64,000 bases of DNA, from contig JAKAEJ010000003.1 of NCBI GenBank assembly GCA_021818335.1, positions 23,331-87,330 on the forward strand, written 5' to 3'. The position numbers and the translations under genes are program-made. The stretch is from Pseudomonadota bacterium. GTDB taxonomy: Bacteria; Pseudomonadota; Gammaproteobacteria; Xanthomonadales; Rhodanobacteraceae. How positions within the stretch are numbered: the stretch's first letter is position 1; each line of letters opens with the position of its first letter. The notes below the pieces were generated by a model. It saw nothing but the letters and a program-made list of their open reading frames with translations, searched no databases and had not been told where the DNA came from. Shown here piece by piece: positions 51,172 through 60,823 of this stretch.

Positions 51172-54100
51172 CTAGTTGCCGACGCTGGTGGGCGAAGGCA
51201 ACGGCGGCAGATGAGGGTGGTAGTCGCGCCAGGGCGCGGGCACGTAATGCGGTTGCGGATGCGCGGCAAGCTGCTGCATGGCAACCTGGACCGCGCGCTG
51301 CAGTTGTGGGTCTTGCCCCTTTCGCACCAGCGCTGGGTCTTGCCAGACGGTCACGTCCGGCGCAACACCGTGATTTTCGACCGGAAAATGCCCGTCCAGG
51401 CCCTCGACGGCGACACGCGGCGCCGTGATCCCGCCGCCGTCCATCAGTCTTGGATAGCCGCCGATGCCGACGAGCCCGCCCCAGGTGCGCTCACCAACGA
51501 GGGTGCCGATGTGGTCCATCTTGAAGTACCAGGGAAGCGCGTCGCCGCCAGACCCTGAAAACTGGTTGATCAGCATGACCTTGGGACCGTAAATGGCCAT
51601 GGGAGGCGTCACCTGTGCGGGAGCCCAGCGCGTGACCACGAGCGACATCGGCCGGTCGAGCAGATTCTGGATGATGTAGTCGGATATATCGCCTCCGTGG
51701 TTGAAGCGTTCATCCAGAATGACCCCTTGCTTGTCGACCTGGGAAAAGTACATTCGGTTGAAATTGCGGTAGCCGCCCCAGCCGGTGTCCGGCAGGTACA
51801 CATAACCAAGCTTTCCGCCGGAGAGCCGGTTGACCAAGGCTCGGTTGTGGTCGATCCAAGCGATGTTTCGCAGCAATCGTTCGCTGGGTATCGTCTTCAC
51901 GACGATGGTGTGTGCTCCACGGCCGTCCGCATGCGGTGCGACGCGGAGGGTGACGTCCTTGCCAGCCAGATTCTCGAATGCGCGATAAAGATTCTCGTGC
52001 CCGCCCAGAGCCTGGCCGTCAACCGCCAGCAGGTAATCACCTGTCTTGACCGCCAGCCCCGGCTGCGCCAATGGCGCATAAGCGTCCGGATTCCATCGGC
52101 CCCCGCGGAAAATCCGGGTAATCCGGTAACGTCCATGTTCAATGGCGTAGTTTGCGCCAAGGAGCCCGACCTTGATATCGGCCATGCGCGGATGGTACCC
52201 ACCGTAAATGAACATGTGGCCGACCGAAAGGTAACCCGTCATTTCGCGGAACAGGAAGCTCAGCTCGCTGCGGCTGGCAAGGCCCGGGAGATAGTGTGCG
52301 AACTCCACTTGCGCAGCGTGCACGTCAAGGCCGTCGTAACGAGGGTTGTAGAAAAACGCGCGTTCGATCCGCCAGGCATCCCGATACATCTCGGCCCATT
52401 CTTCGCGCGGCACGACGTAGACGCGCAATGCGCTGGTATGGAGGGGTTGCGGCTTCGCCTTGGGCGTGGTCTTGGCAATGAACCAATGCATGCCGCGCCG
52501 GAACAAGACCTGCTTTCCATCAGCGGCGACCTGAACGTTCGTAACGTCGGCCAGGAGCGGCTGGACCTTCCGATGTGCAAGGTCAAAAGCCAGCACCCGA
52601 ACGGGCGTACCCCATGGGCGCGTGTCGCCTGGCATGATCACGCGGGGCGTTTGCTGCAGGATGAGGGTGCCAGGCGAACTGGCGGTAATCCGGGTGTAGC
52701 GACCTGCCGGTATGGGCAGCGCTACTGCGCGGCGCTCGAGGCCCGCTGGATCGATGCGAACGGCGGGTGGAACCAGTGTCCGGCGAGCCGTGCGCGCAGC
52801 CTTTCCGGCGGGGACCTCGAAGCCGGCATCGGGTGCCAGCGGCGAAGGCTCGTCATTTCGCAGCGTGGCCGCATAAACATGACGGGTCACCGGGCGATCC
52901 ATGCCGGACATCTCCCACAGACCCGGAGTCAACCCGGTGTTCGTGCTCTCGGTGAAGTAAAGATATTGGCCGCTGGGATCGAATGCCGGACTGCGGACGT
53001 CGCTGGATCCATGGGTGACTTGCAGGCTGTGCCCGCTGGCCAGCGAGTAGAGTTCGACCGCATGGAGCCCATTCCTCAGGATTCGCGTGTAGGCAATCCA
53101 ACGACTGTCGGGCGACCAGGCGGGGTGGAAATGCTGCAGCGTGGCATTGCGATTGATCGCGATGCGAACCGGATGCGGACGATGTGACTCGAGGTTCACG
53201 AGCCACAGGTCCAGTTTCTGATCGCCGAACACCAGCTTGTGGCTGTCGGGTGACCATGCAAGCCCGTAGTAGAAGGCATCGGGCTGGCCGAGCGCGATGA
53301 TCCGTGGCGATCCATCGCCATTCGCAGCGCGTATGCAGAGGTCGTACTCATGGTCGTGGTCGGCGAAGTAGGCAACCGATCGACCATCCGGCGAGTAGGC
53401 CGGATCACGGTCCATCACATCGGGACTGTGGGTGAGATCGAAGACGCTCCCGTGCTTGCTGGGCACGGATAGCAGGTCGCCGTGGGCCTCAAAGATCGTG
53501 CGCAGTCCGTGTGGCGAAATGCTGCTGCGGACAATCTGTTTCGAGACATTTTCATAGCGCGGCCGCAACTGCGGCAGGTCACCGGCGACCGTGACAGGCA
53601 CCGCGCGCGAAGCGCCCCGTGCGAAGTCAAAAACATGGAGCTGCCCGAACTGGGAATAGACGATGCCACCCGGGCCCGCGCTGGCGGAGGTGATGTCGAA
53701 CCCGGTGTTGTTGATTTCGCGATCGACTGCACCCGTGTGCGTATCGTAGGCAAAGAGCGTGATGGGGCCATCGCGGTCGGACAGGAAGTACACGGTGTTG
53801 CCAACCCACATCGGGTCGAAGTTATTGGCATTGTCGTCGGGTATGCGGATGACGCTGGAGTCGGACAGCCGCGCCAGCCAGACCTGGGTGTGCTGACCGC
53901 CCTTGTAGTCTTTCCAGAACGCCTCCCACTGGAACTCGGGGACGTAGGCCAAGTGCCGGCCACCGCGGGAGAAGGAGCCTTCTTCCGCCATGGGGAGGGG
54001 CAACTCCTGGGGGAAGCCGCCGGAAATCGGCACCGTGTAAAGCTGGTCCGGATCAGAATAGCTGTAGCGGTGCGAGCGAAACAGCACCGACCGACCATCG

Positions 54101-54477
54101 GGAGTCCAGCCGACGGCCACGTCGGGCCCGGGATAGTAGGTCAGGCGTTTGGGCACGCCACCCGTGGCTGACACAACATAGACGTCCGTGTTGCCATCGT
54201 AGGTGCCCGTGAAGGCAATCATCGAACCATCCGGCGAGAAAAAGGGCATGGTCAGCATGTCCATCCCGCTGGCGAGTACGTGCGCGGCCCCGCCAGCCCG
54301 CGGCACCTCCCAGAGCTCGCCTCCATACTCGAAGGCGATCTCCGTCTTCGACATCGTCGGATAGCGCAGCAACAGCGGCTGAGGCGAAGCGGCTGCAGCC
54401 GCTCGCGTGCCGACCAACCACATCAACGCAACTGCGGCCAGATTGGCTAGCTGCCGGAATCCTGTGCTCTTGCCCAT
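51172..54477 (-). CDS. Exported tricorn-type S41B protease
   Basis: Signal peptide, PD40 beta-propeller repeats (FSPDG, WSPDS), EW.EMY.DAWR, catalytic His (VGH), PDZ region, DERFNHGG, SGSGGD, G.RTWGG, ENHGVAPD. Confidence 0.93.
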   Translation of the reverse strand: MGKSTGFRQLANLAAVALMWLVGTRAAAAASPQPLLLRYPTMSKTEIAFEYGGELWEVPRAGGAAHVLASGMDMLTMPFFSPDGSMIAFTGTYDGNTDVYVVSATGGVPKRLTYYPGPDVAVGWTPDGRSVLFRSHRYSYSDPDQLYTVPISGGFPQELPLPMAEEGSFSRGGRHLAYVPEFQWEAFWKDYKGGQHTQVWLARLSDSSVIRIPDDNANNFDPMWVGNTVYFLSDRDGPITLFAYDTHTGAVDREINNTGFDITSASAGPGGIVYSQFGQLHVFDFARGASRAVPVTVAGDLPQLRPRYENVSKQIVRSSISPHGLRTIFEAHGDLLSVPSKHGSVFDLTHSPDVMDRDPAYSPDGRSVAYFADHDHEYDLCIRAANGDGSPRIIALGQPDAFYYGLAWSPDSHKLVFGDQKLDLWLVNLESHRPHPVRIAINRNATLQHFHPAWSPDSRWIAYTRILRNGLHAVELYSLASGHSLQVTHGSSDVRSPAFDPSGQYLYFTESTNTGLTPGLWEMSGMDRPVTRHVYAATLRNDEPSPLAPDAGFEVPAGKAARTARRTLVPPAVRIDPAGLERRAVALPIPAGRYTRITASSPGTLILQQTPRVIMPGDTRPWGTPVRVLAFDLAHRKVQPLLADVTNVQVAADGKQVLFRRGMHWFIAKTTPKAKPQPLHTSALRVYVVPREEWAEMYRDAWRIERAFFYNPRYDGLDVHAAQVEFAHYLPGLASRSELSFLFREMTGYLSVGHMFIYGGYHPRMADIKVGLLGANYAIEHGRYRITRIFRGGRWNPDAYAPLAQPGLAVKTGDYLLAVDGQALGGHENLYRAFENLAGKDVTLRVAPHADGRGAHTIVVKTIPSERLLRNIAWIDHNRALVNRLSGGKLGYVYLPDTGWGGYRNFNRMYFSQVDKQGVILDERFNHGGDISDYIIQNLLDRPMSLVVTRWAPAQVTPPMAIYGPKVMLINQFSGSGGDALPWYFKMDHIGTLVGERTWGGLVGIGGYPRLMDGGGITAPRVAVEGLDGHFPVENHGVAPDVTVWQDPALVRKGQDPQLQRAVQVAMQQLAAHPQPHYVPAPWRDYHPHLPPLPSPTSVGN

Positions 54478-54535
54478 GTCGACCCCCGAAATCGATTGCG
54501 CATGGAGTCCCGCGACGCGGAGGATGCGCCTACAG

Positions 54536-54563
54536 GGAGACTGGAATGCGCCAGTGAAGTTCC
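54536..54563 (-). promoter_or_regulatory. Putative sigmaE promoter of the tricorn protease
   Basis: Minus strand GGAACT-N16-GTCTCC. The -35 is consensus and the -10 is one mismatch from GTCNNA. Confidence 0.5.
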
Positions 54564-54793
54564 CGCGTTGCCAGCCCCTAACCCGGGTGAAGTGGCCGCC
54601 ACCCAGTCCCGGGTTGGCTCGCGCATCTCGCCCAATTTCGCCACGTGATTCGAATTCCAGCCTCCTCTGATGCAGGATCGGGATCCAACGATTTACCCGC
54701 CAGCGGACGCGAGTGGATCCAACCGGCCCTTGCATCCAGCTCGATGAGGGGTCGGACTAGACTCCGGACAGACTGCCGAGGGAGCCTGCCGCA

Positions 54794-55969
54794 ATGCGAT
54801 CGATTGTCCTCGCCCTGTTCCTTGCCGCGACCGCCGTGGTTCGTCCCTGTGCGGCACGGGCCGTCCCGATCGCGGATCGGCCGGACGTGCATGCGACCTA
54901 CCGGGCCGAGCACGCAGGCGTTGCGACTGAGCTAGGCACCTTGGACGGCGTCCCTTTCCGGATTGATGTGCCAAGGGATTGGGGCCACCGTCTTGTCGTC
55001 TATTACCACGGCTACTCGCTGGAGCCCGTCCGATACGACGCGAGTGCGGAACAACCATGGCTGGCGCCAATCCTGGCGCGTGGCTTTGCGGTCATCCAGT
55101 CGGCCTATGGGCAGACTGGATGGGCGCTTCAGAGCGCCATCGCCACGACGGCGCAGTTGCGCGACTACTTCATTGAGCGCCACGGCCGGCCGAAGGAAAC
55201 CCTGCTGGTCGGCGCCTCCATGGGCGGCGCACTGGCGGCGCTGACCATCGAGAGCGATCCGGCCCATTATCGCGGCGCGCTCGTCTTGTGTGGCGCGATT
55301 GCGCCGAGCTGGGAACTAACCCAGCGACAGTTCCGAATGCTCGCAGCGTTCGCCTACTATTATCCAGGCATCTTGCCACCGCTGGACCCTGTGCCGGCCA
55401 GCTATGCGCCCACGTCGGCGGTCACCCAGCGAATTGCCCGCGCGCTTGCCGCGCATCCGCATCGCTTCGCTGACCTGCGAGCGATCTGGCACGTCGGCAC
55501 GCCGCAGGACATGCCGGGCGTCATCGCCTTCGCCACGGCGCTGGTGCAGCGAGCCCAGGAACAGGCTGGCAGCAACCCCTTTGGCAACGCGGGCTACGTC
55601 TACCTTGGCACAAGCGATGACGCGGCACTCAACGCCGGTGTCCGACGCTATCGCGCCGATCCAGCGGCCGTGGCCGAACTTCTGAGGAATTACACGCCCA
55701 CGGGGCGTCTGCTGCGGCCGATGCTGGAGCTGCATGATCTTGCCGATCCGTTGGTCCCAGCCGATAGCGTCGAGGCGTATGCGGACCGCGTGCAGCGGGC
55801 CGGGCACGCCGGGAAGTTCATCCAGCAGTATGTTGCCGCGGAAGGCCACTGCGTATTCAGCGGTGGCCAAGTGGGTCGGGCATTCGATGAATTGACCCGC
55901 TGGGTCAACCTCGGGGAGCGTCCAGGATCGGGCCTGTTGCCCTCGAGACTGCCAAGGGTGCAGCAATGA
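54794..55969 (+). CDS. Exported alpha/beta-hydrolase
   Basis: Signal peptide, HGY, nucleophile GASMGG, DPLVP (Asp), GHC.F (His). Confidence 0.85.
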   Translation: MRSIVLALFLAATAVVRPCAARAVPIADRPDVHATYRAEHAGVATELGTLDGVPFRIDVPRDWGHRLVVYYHGYSLEPVRYDASAEQPWLAPILARGFAVIQSAYGQTGWALQSAIATTAQLRDYFIERHGRPKETLLVGASMGGALAALTIESDPAHYRGALVLCGAIAPSWELTQRQFRMLAAFAYYYPGILPPLDPVPASYAPTSAVTQRIARALAAHPHRFADLRAIWHVGTPQDMPGVIAFATALVQRAQEQAGSNPFGNAGYVYLGTSDDAALNAGVRRYRADPAAVAELLRNYTPTGRLLRPMLELHDLADPLVPADSVEAYADRVQRAGHAGKFIQQYVAAEGHCVFSGGQVGRAFDELTRWVNLGERPGSGLLPSRLPRVQQ

Positions 55970-56077
55970 CAGGGGCCACGTGGCCACGTCCCATTGCAGC
56001 GAATGCCGCCGGCTGCCCGCGGCGAACCGCAGGCTGCCGCGATGGCATGGCGTCAATCGGCGCGCTTCACTGGCTAC

Positions 56078-56968
56078 TTAGTTCCGCGGGGGCGCGCCCT
56101 TGTCGTCTGGGCGCTTGAGGCGAATCAGTGCCGAAATGTCCTCGTCGGCATGGCCCGTGGCCATCAGTGAGGCATAGTCCTCCAGTGCCTTGTCGACGAC
56201 GGCGTGATCGACCCCGGCGCTCCGAGCCATGCGCTGGACAATGGCCAGGTCCTTGTGCAGCAGGCCCAGCTTGAAGCCGACATCGAACTCGCCGCGCAAC
56301 ATCGATGCGCCTCGCTTTTCCAGGAACCAATTGCCTGCGGCTCCGGCGGCGAGTGTTGGGAGGAGTCGTTCGGATTCGAGGCCCAGCGATTCGCCGAGGG
56401 CCAGCCCCTCGCACACCGCCGCGGCGATGCCTGCAACCAGGACCTGGTTGACGGCCTTGGTCGCCTGTCCACTTCCGCAGGATCCCATCCAGGTAATCTT
56501 TGCGGCGTAACAATCGAGTAGCGTGCGTACGCGGTCCAGGACGACTTCGTCGCCGCCGACCATCATCGAAAGCCGGCCATTGCGTGCGCCTTCGACTCCG
56601 CCGGATACAGGCGCGTCGAGGAAATGGGCGCCGACTCTCGCTAGCCGCGCTGCTGCTTGGCGTGCCGTATCGGGGGCCACGGTACTGTGGTCGATGACGA
56701 CCGCGCCCGGTCGCAGGCCTGGGAGCAGGTCGTCGATGCATCCAAGGACATCGGCGTCCGCGGTCACGCACAAGGCGACCACGTCGCAACGCGAGGCAAG
56801 CTCCGCGAGGGTGGCCGGCGCTTCGATGGTCAGCTCCGTGGCCAGCGCCTGGGCCTTGATCCTATTTCGGTTGCCTACCGCAGCCAGCCGCCCGTGTGCG
56901 TGCAAGTGGCGCGCCATGGGCAGGCCCATGGCGCCAAGTCCGATGAACCCTGCGTCGCGTCCGGTCAT
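56078..56968 (-). CDS. NAD(P)-dependent beta-hydroxyacid dehydrogenase (GarR/MmsB family)
   Basis: GFIGLGAMG.PMA, DHST, FLDAPVSGG..GA, GSGQATKAVNQ, GF..GL..KDL. Confidence 0.92.
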   Translation of the reverse strand: MTGRDAGFIGLGAMGLPMARHLHAHGRLAAVGNRNRIKAQALATELTIEAPATLAELASRCDVVALCVTADADVLGCIDDLLPGLRPGAVVIDHSTVAPDTARQAAARLARVGAHFLDAPVSGGVEGARNGRLSMMVGGDEVVLDRVRTLLDCYAAKITWMGSCGSGQATKAVNQVLVAGIAAAVCEGLALGESLGLESERLLPTLAAGAAGNWFLEKRGASMLRGEFDVGFKLGLLHKDLAIVQRMARSAGVDHAVVDKALEDYASLMATGHADEDISALIRLKRPDDKGAPPRN

Positions 56969-57129
56969 GCTTGAATCTCGCAATTGAAATGGTAGGTCAG
57001 CGCGGGACAACCCGCGGTCGAGACTGCGCATTGTGCGCGAAGCCGGTGCGGGGTTTCCATCAGCGCAATGGCGCATGGGATGATCCGACCATTCCCGCCG
57101 CAATCCGCGGTCCGCGTGGGAGGTTGGCC

Positions 57130-57663
57130 ATGCCGTGGATCCATAGCATCGACGAAGACCGCGCCGAAGGTGCGATGGCCGACTTTTACGCTGACCTTCG
57201 AATGCGGCGGGGCAGCCCTACCCCCATCCTGGCGATACAGGGATTGAACCCCGAGGCGTTGCGGAAGCACCTGGATTTGTACCTGCACTTGATGTTCGTC
57301 CCAGGGGGATTGCCGCGTGATGAGCGCGAGCTGATCGCGGTGGTCGTTTCGGCAGCGAACGGTTGCGCATATTGCGTTTCGGAGCACATGGAGCGCCTGC
57401 GCCACTATGTCGACGACGTCGATGAACTGGCCACCATCGTCGACCAGCCCGAGCAAATAGCCGACGAGCGCCAGCGTGCCATCGCAGCGTATGCGCGCAA
57501 GCTGACGCTTGCGCCAGCTTCGATGCGTGCCACCGATGTCGAGTCGCTTCGAGAACGCGGTTTGGGTGATCCCGAGATCCTGCACGTCAATCTGATCAGT
57601 GCCTACTTCAACTTCGTGAACCGGATTGCCCAAGGCCTTGGCGTCGGCCAAGAAGAAGCCTGA
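57130..57663 (+). CDS. AhpD/carboxymuconolactone decarboxylase-like peroxidase-related protein
   Basis: ERELIAVVVS..NGCAYC..EH, FNFVNR..GLG, GGAGG RBS. Confidence 0.88.
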   Translation: MPWIHSIDEDRAEGAMADFYADLRMRRGSPTPILAIQGLNPEALRKHLDLYLHLMFVPGGLPRDERELIAVVVSAANGCAYCVSEHMERLRHYVDDVDELATIVDQPEQIADERQRAIAAYARKLTLAPASMRATDVESLRERGLGDPEILHVNLISAYFNFVNRIAQGLGVGQEEA

Positions 57664-57669
57664 GCCCGG

Positions 57670-58638
57670 TCAGCTGCCCCTTTCATCCGCACCAGCGCCA
57701 GCCGCGGCCCGGGTGAGACGGTCGCGAACACCCGCCCACTGCTGCGATTCAGGTGGCTTTTCGACGTACAGTTGGCGCGCACCACGTGCATCAAGGATCC
57801 GCAGCGCTGCGTAGAGGCCCTTCGCATAGCCCGTGGCTTCGGCCGGCAGGCGCAGGCCCGAGCCTGCCGGCGGATCGGCACTCCAGGTCAGCCAGAGCGC
57901 GTCGGGACCCGTATCGAGAAGGCGGAACGCGCTTGCATCAACAAGCTCCAGCGGCGTTCGCGGAGCATAGTGCGCGGGGAGTCCGCCTGGCACGCGGGGG
58001 CTACCGGCTTCCGCCGTGCTCGCCACGGGCGTGTCCAGGACAGCCTCGAGCATGGGGACGGTTACGGCACCCGGGCGCAGGATGCGCGGCGTATTGGTGC
58101 TGACGTCGAGAATGGTCGACTCGATGCCCACAGCGCATGCTCCGCCGTCAAGCACGCAGGCTACGTCGTCGCCGAATTCAGCGCGAACGTGCTCGGGCAT
58201 CGTCGGGCTGATCCGGCCAAACCGGTTGGCCGATGGCGCGACGACGCCCGACCCGAAGGCGATCAATACCTTTTGCGCCAGGGGATGCGCCGGCACCCGC
58301 ACCGCTACGGTCTCCTGACCGCCGGTGATCGCATCGAGTACATGCTCGGCACGGGGCAAGACCAAGGTGAGGGGGCCTGGCCAGAAGCTCGCGGCCAGTG
58401 CCGTTGCCCAGGGTGACACGACGCGAGCCCAACGACCGAGCTGTGCTGCCGAAGCAATATGCACGATCAGCGGGTGGTTGGCGGGGCGACGCTTGAGCGC
58501 GAACACTCGTGCAACGGCGGCGGGATTGGTTGCGTCTGCGGCGAGACCGTAGACCGTCTCGGTTGGCAGGCCGATTGCATCGCCGCGGCGGAGCGCGCTG
58601 ACCGCTTCCTCCACGTCGCACGTTGGAATGGCCTTCAT
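57670..58638 (-). CDS. sua5: L-threonylcarbamoyladenylate synthase, two-domain Sua5 type
   Basis: PTETVYGL, KRRP..HPLIVH, WPGPLT, APSAN..G, GIESTI, LRPG, and linker PG....HYAP with a C-terminal SUA5 domain. Confidence 0.95.
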   Translation of the reverse strand: MKAIPTCDVEEAVSALRRGDAIGLPTETVYGLAADATNPAAVARVFALKRRPANHPLIVHIASAAQLGRWARVVSPWATALAASFWPGPLTLVLPRAEHVLDAITGGQETVAVRVPAHPLAQKVLIAFGSGVVAPSANRFGRISPTMPEHVRAEFGDDVACVLDGGACAVGIESTILDVSTNTPRILRPGAVTVPMLEAVLDTPVASTAEAGSPRVPGGLPAHYAPRTPLELVDASAFRLLDTGPDALWLTWSADPPAGSGLRLPAEATGYAKGLYAALRILDARGARQLYVEKPPESQQWAGVRDRLTRAAAGAGADERGS

Positions 58639-60539
58639 GGTTCCGCGGCCACGACCGAATCGAGGTAGGTGTACCCGGCCAGGCCCTCTTCAAGGGATGC
58701 GAGAAGCGATGCGGCTTGTTGTGCTGGAACGCCGGCGTCCTGAAGGCGAGCGGCGTACGTGGAGCGAAGAGCCGCAAGGTCGTAGCCGACATATTCGAGC
58801 ATCAGCGCCGCACTGTCGCCACGGCGGTGATGGCTGAGTACGGCCTTTCCGTGGCTGTCAATGCTGACATTCACGGCATCCGTGTCACCGAACAGGTTGT
58901 GGATGTCACCGAGGGTCTCCTGATACGCACCGACAAGGAACACGCCCAGCAGGTACGGCTTGCCCGACTGCAGTTCGTGGAGCGGCAGGCTGACGTCGAC
59001 TCCGCCGGCATCAACGTATTGATCGATGCGGCCGTCGGAGTCGCATGTAAGGTCGGCAATGACGCCTCGGCGCGCCGGGCGCTGGTCCAGTCCATCCAGT
59101 GGCACGATAGGAAAGACTTGGTCAATGGCCCAGACGTCAGGGATCGATTCGAATACCGAGAAATTGAGGAAAAACTTGTCCACGAGTTTGGCGTCGAGTT
59201 CGTCCAGCAACGAGCGGTGAGCTCGTTCCTGCGGGTCCAATCGCCTTTGGACAGCCGTCGCAAGAGCGTGGAAAAGATCATCGAGTGCTGCGCGGTGCGC
59301 GAGGTCAAGCTGACCCAGCGCGAACATGGCGAGGCCTTCGGCGTGGTGTTGCTGTGCCTCCAGGTAGATCTCGGTTGGCGGCCGTGTATCAAGTGCCTCG
59401 AGCAGGGCGTGCAGGTGCCGCAGCACCGCGGGCACATTGCCGTGCGGCATATGGCGCGCGCCGTGCGGCGACGGTTCCACTTCACTCACGTTGGTGACCA
59501 GGACTGCATGGTGTGCCGTCATGGCACGTCCTGCTTCCGTGACGATATTGGGTGGTGGCAGGCCTTCCGCCACGCAGAGCTCGGCCAGCGGCTGCACGAT
59601 GGCGAGCGCGTACTGTTCAATTGCGTAGTTGATCGAACAGTACGAACGAGAGCGAGTCCCTTCGTAGTCGACGCCCAGACCGCCGCCGACGTCGACCCAG
59701 CGCAGAACGACGCCAGCGCGAGCCAGTTGCGCGACGTACTGGGCTGCCTCTCGCATGCCCGAGGCAATGTCCCGCAAGTTGGACAGTTGCGAACCCATGT
59801 GGAAGTGCAGCAACTGCAAGGTTGCGCCGAGGCCTGCGGAGCGCAGGCGCGCTAGCAGGTCGAGCAATTGGCGCGGGGTCAGGCCGAACTTGGCCTTGTC
59901 ACCGCCGGTGTTCTGCCACTTTCCGACGCCGAGTGTCGCAAGTCGCACGCGCACGCCGAGCAATGGCGCTATGCCCAGCGCGGACGACTCCCGGATGACG
60001 TGTTCAAGCTCGGAGGGCTTCTCGATCACGATGACCACGTCAAGTCCCATGCGACGGCCGATCAGCGCGAGTCGGATGTATTCGGCATCCTTGTAGCCAT
60101 TGCAGACGACCAGGCTGCCCCGCTTCGCAATTCCAAGCACGGCAAGAAGCTCGGGCTTGGACCCGGCTTCAAGGCCGAAGTTGGCGGGATCGCCACCAGA
60201 CGCCAGTTCACCAGCGACGCCTCGTTGCTGGTTGACCTTGATGGGGTAGACGGCGGTGTAGCCACCGGCGTAGGCGTGCGCCTCCATTGCGGCGGCAAAT
60301 GCCTGATGCAGGCGTTGCCGGCGGTCGTGAAGTATGCCGGGGAAGCGCAGCAGCAGCGGCAGACGCATTCCGTCTGCACGTGCAGCCGCGACTGCCTCGT
60401 TGAGCGCAAGTCTTGGCCCATTTCCGCCCCGCGGGCGTGCAACGACACGACCGGCGTCGTCAATGTCGAAGTAGCCATCGCTCCAATAGGGGATGGCATA
60501 GGTATGGCGTGCGGCCTCGCGGTCCCAGCGCTCGGTCAT
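58635..60539 (-). CDS. speA: Biosynthetic arginine decarboxylase
   Basis: VYPIKVNQ, GLEAGSKPEL, CNGYKD, HFHMGSQ, DVGGGLGVDYEG, DLTCDSDG, GAYQETLG..HNLFG. GGAGG RBS before ATG 60539. Confidence 0.97.
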   Translation of the reverse strand: MTERWDREAARHTYAIPYWSDGYFDIDDAGRVVARPRGGNGPRLALNEAVAAARADGMRLPLLLRFPGILHDRRQRLHQAFAAAMEAHAYAGGYTAVYPIKVNQQRGVAGELASGGDPANFGLEAGSKPELLAVLGIAKRGSLVVCNGYKDAEYIRLALIGRRMGLDVVIVIEKPSELEHVIRESSALGIAPLLGVRVRLATLGVGKWQNTGGDKAKFGLTPRQLLDLLARLRSAGLGATLQLLHFHMGSQLSNLRDIASGMREAAQYVAQLARAGVVLRWVDVGGGLGVDYEGTRSRSYCSINYAIEQYALAIVQPLAELCVAEGLPPPNIVTEAGRAMTAHHAVLVTNVSEVEPSPHGARHMPHGNVPAVLRHLHALLEALDTRPPTEIYLEAQQHHAEGLAMFALGQLDLAHRAALDDLFHALATAVQRRLDPQERAHRSLLDELDAKLVDKFFLNFSVFESIPDVWAIDQVFPIVPLDGLDQRPARRGVIADLTCDSDGRIDQYVDAGGVDVSLPLHELQSGKPYLLGVFLVGAYQETLGDIHNLFGDTDAVNVSIDSHGKAVLSHHRRGDSAALMLEYVGYDLAALRSTYAARLQDAGVPAQQAASLLASLEEGLAGYTYLDSVVAAEP

Positions 60540-60823
60540 TGCAGGTCCTCCAGATGCACGACGTTCCACGGTTGCCGACCACGGCTCTGGGTTGCCCATG
60601 TGAATGCCGGGCTCGAAGCGGCGCCGTGGTCGTGCAGCCATGATGGCCGGGGCGGTAGAGCAGTCGAAGCGGCCGGCGCTAGGGCGTCCAGTCACGACCC
60701 GGCACCTTCCAGCTCTGGCGCCGGTTTACGACACATTGTAGCGCTTGCGCAATGATCGCAAGCTCGGGCGTGGCAGCAAACGGCGGGCAGATACAATCGC
60801 CCTCCTTTCGGCGAGATCCGGTC

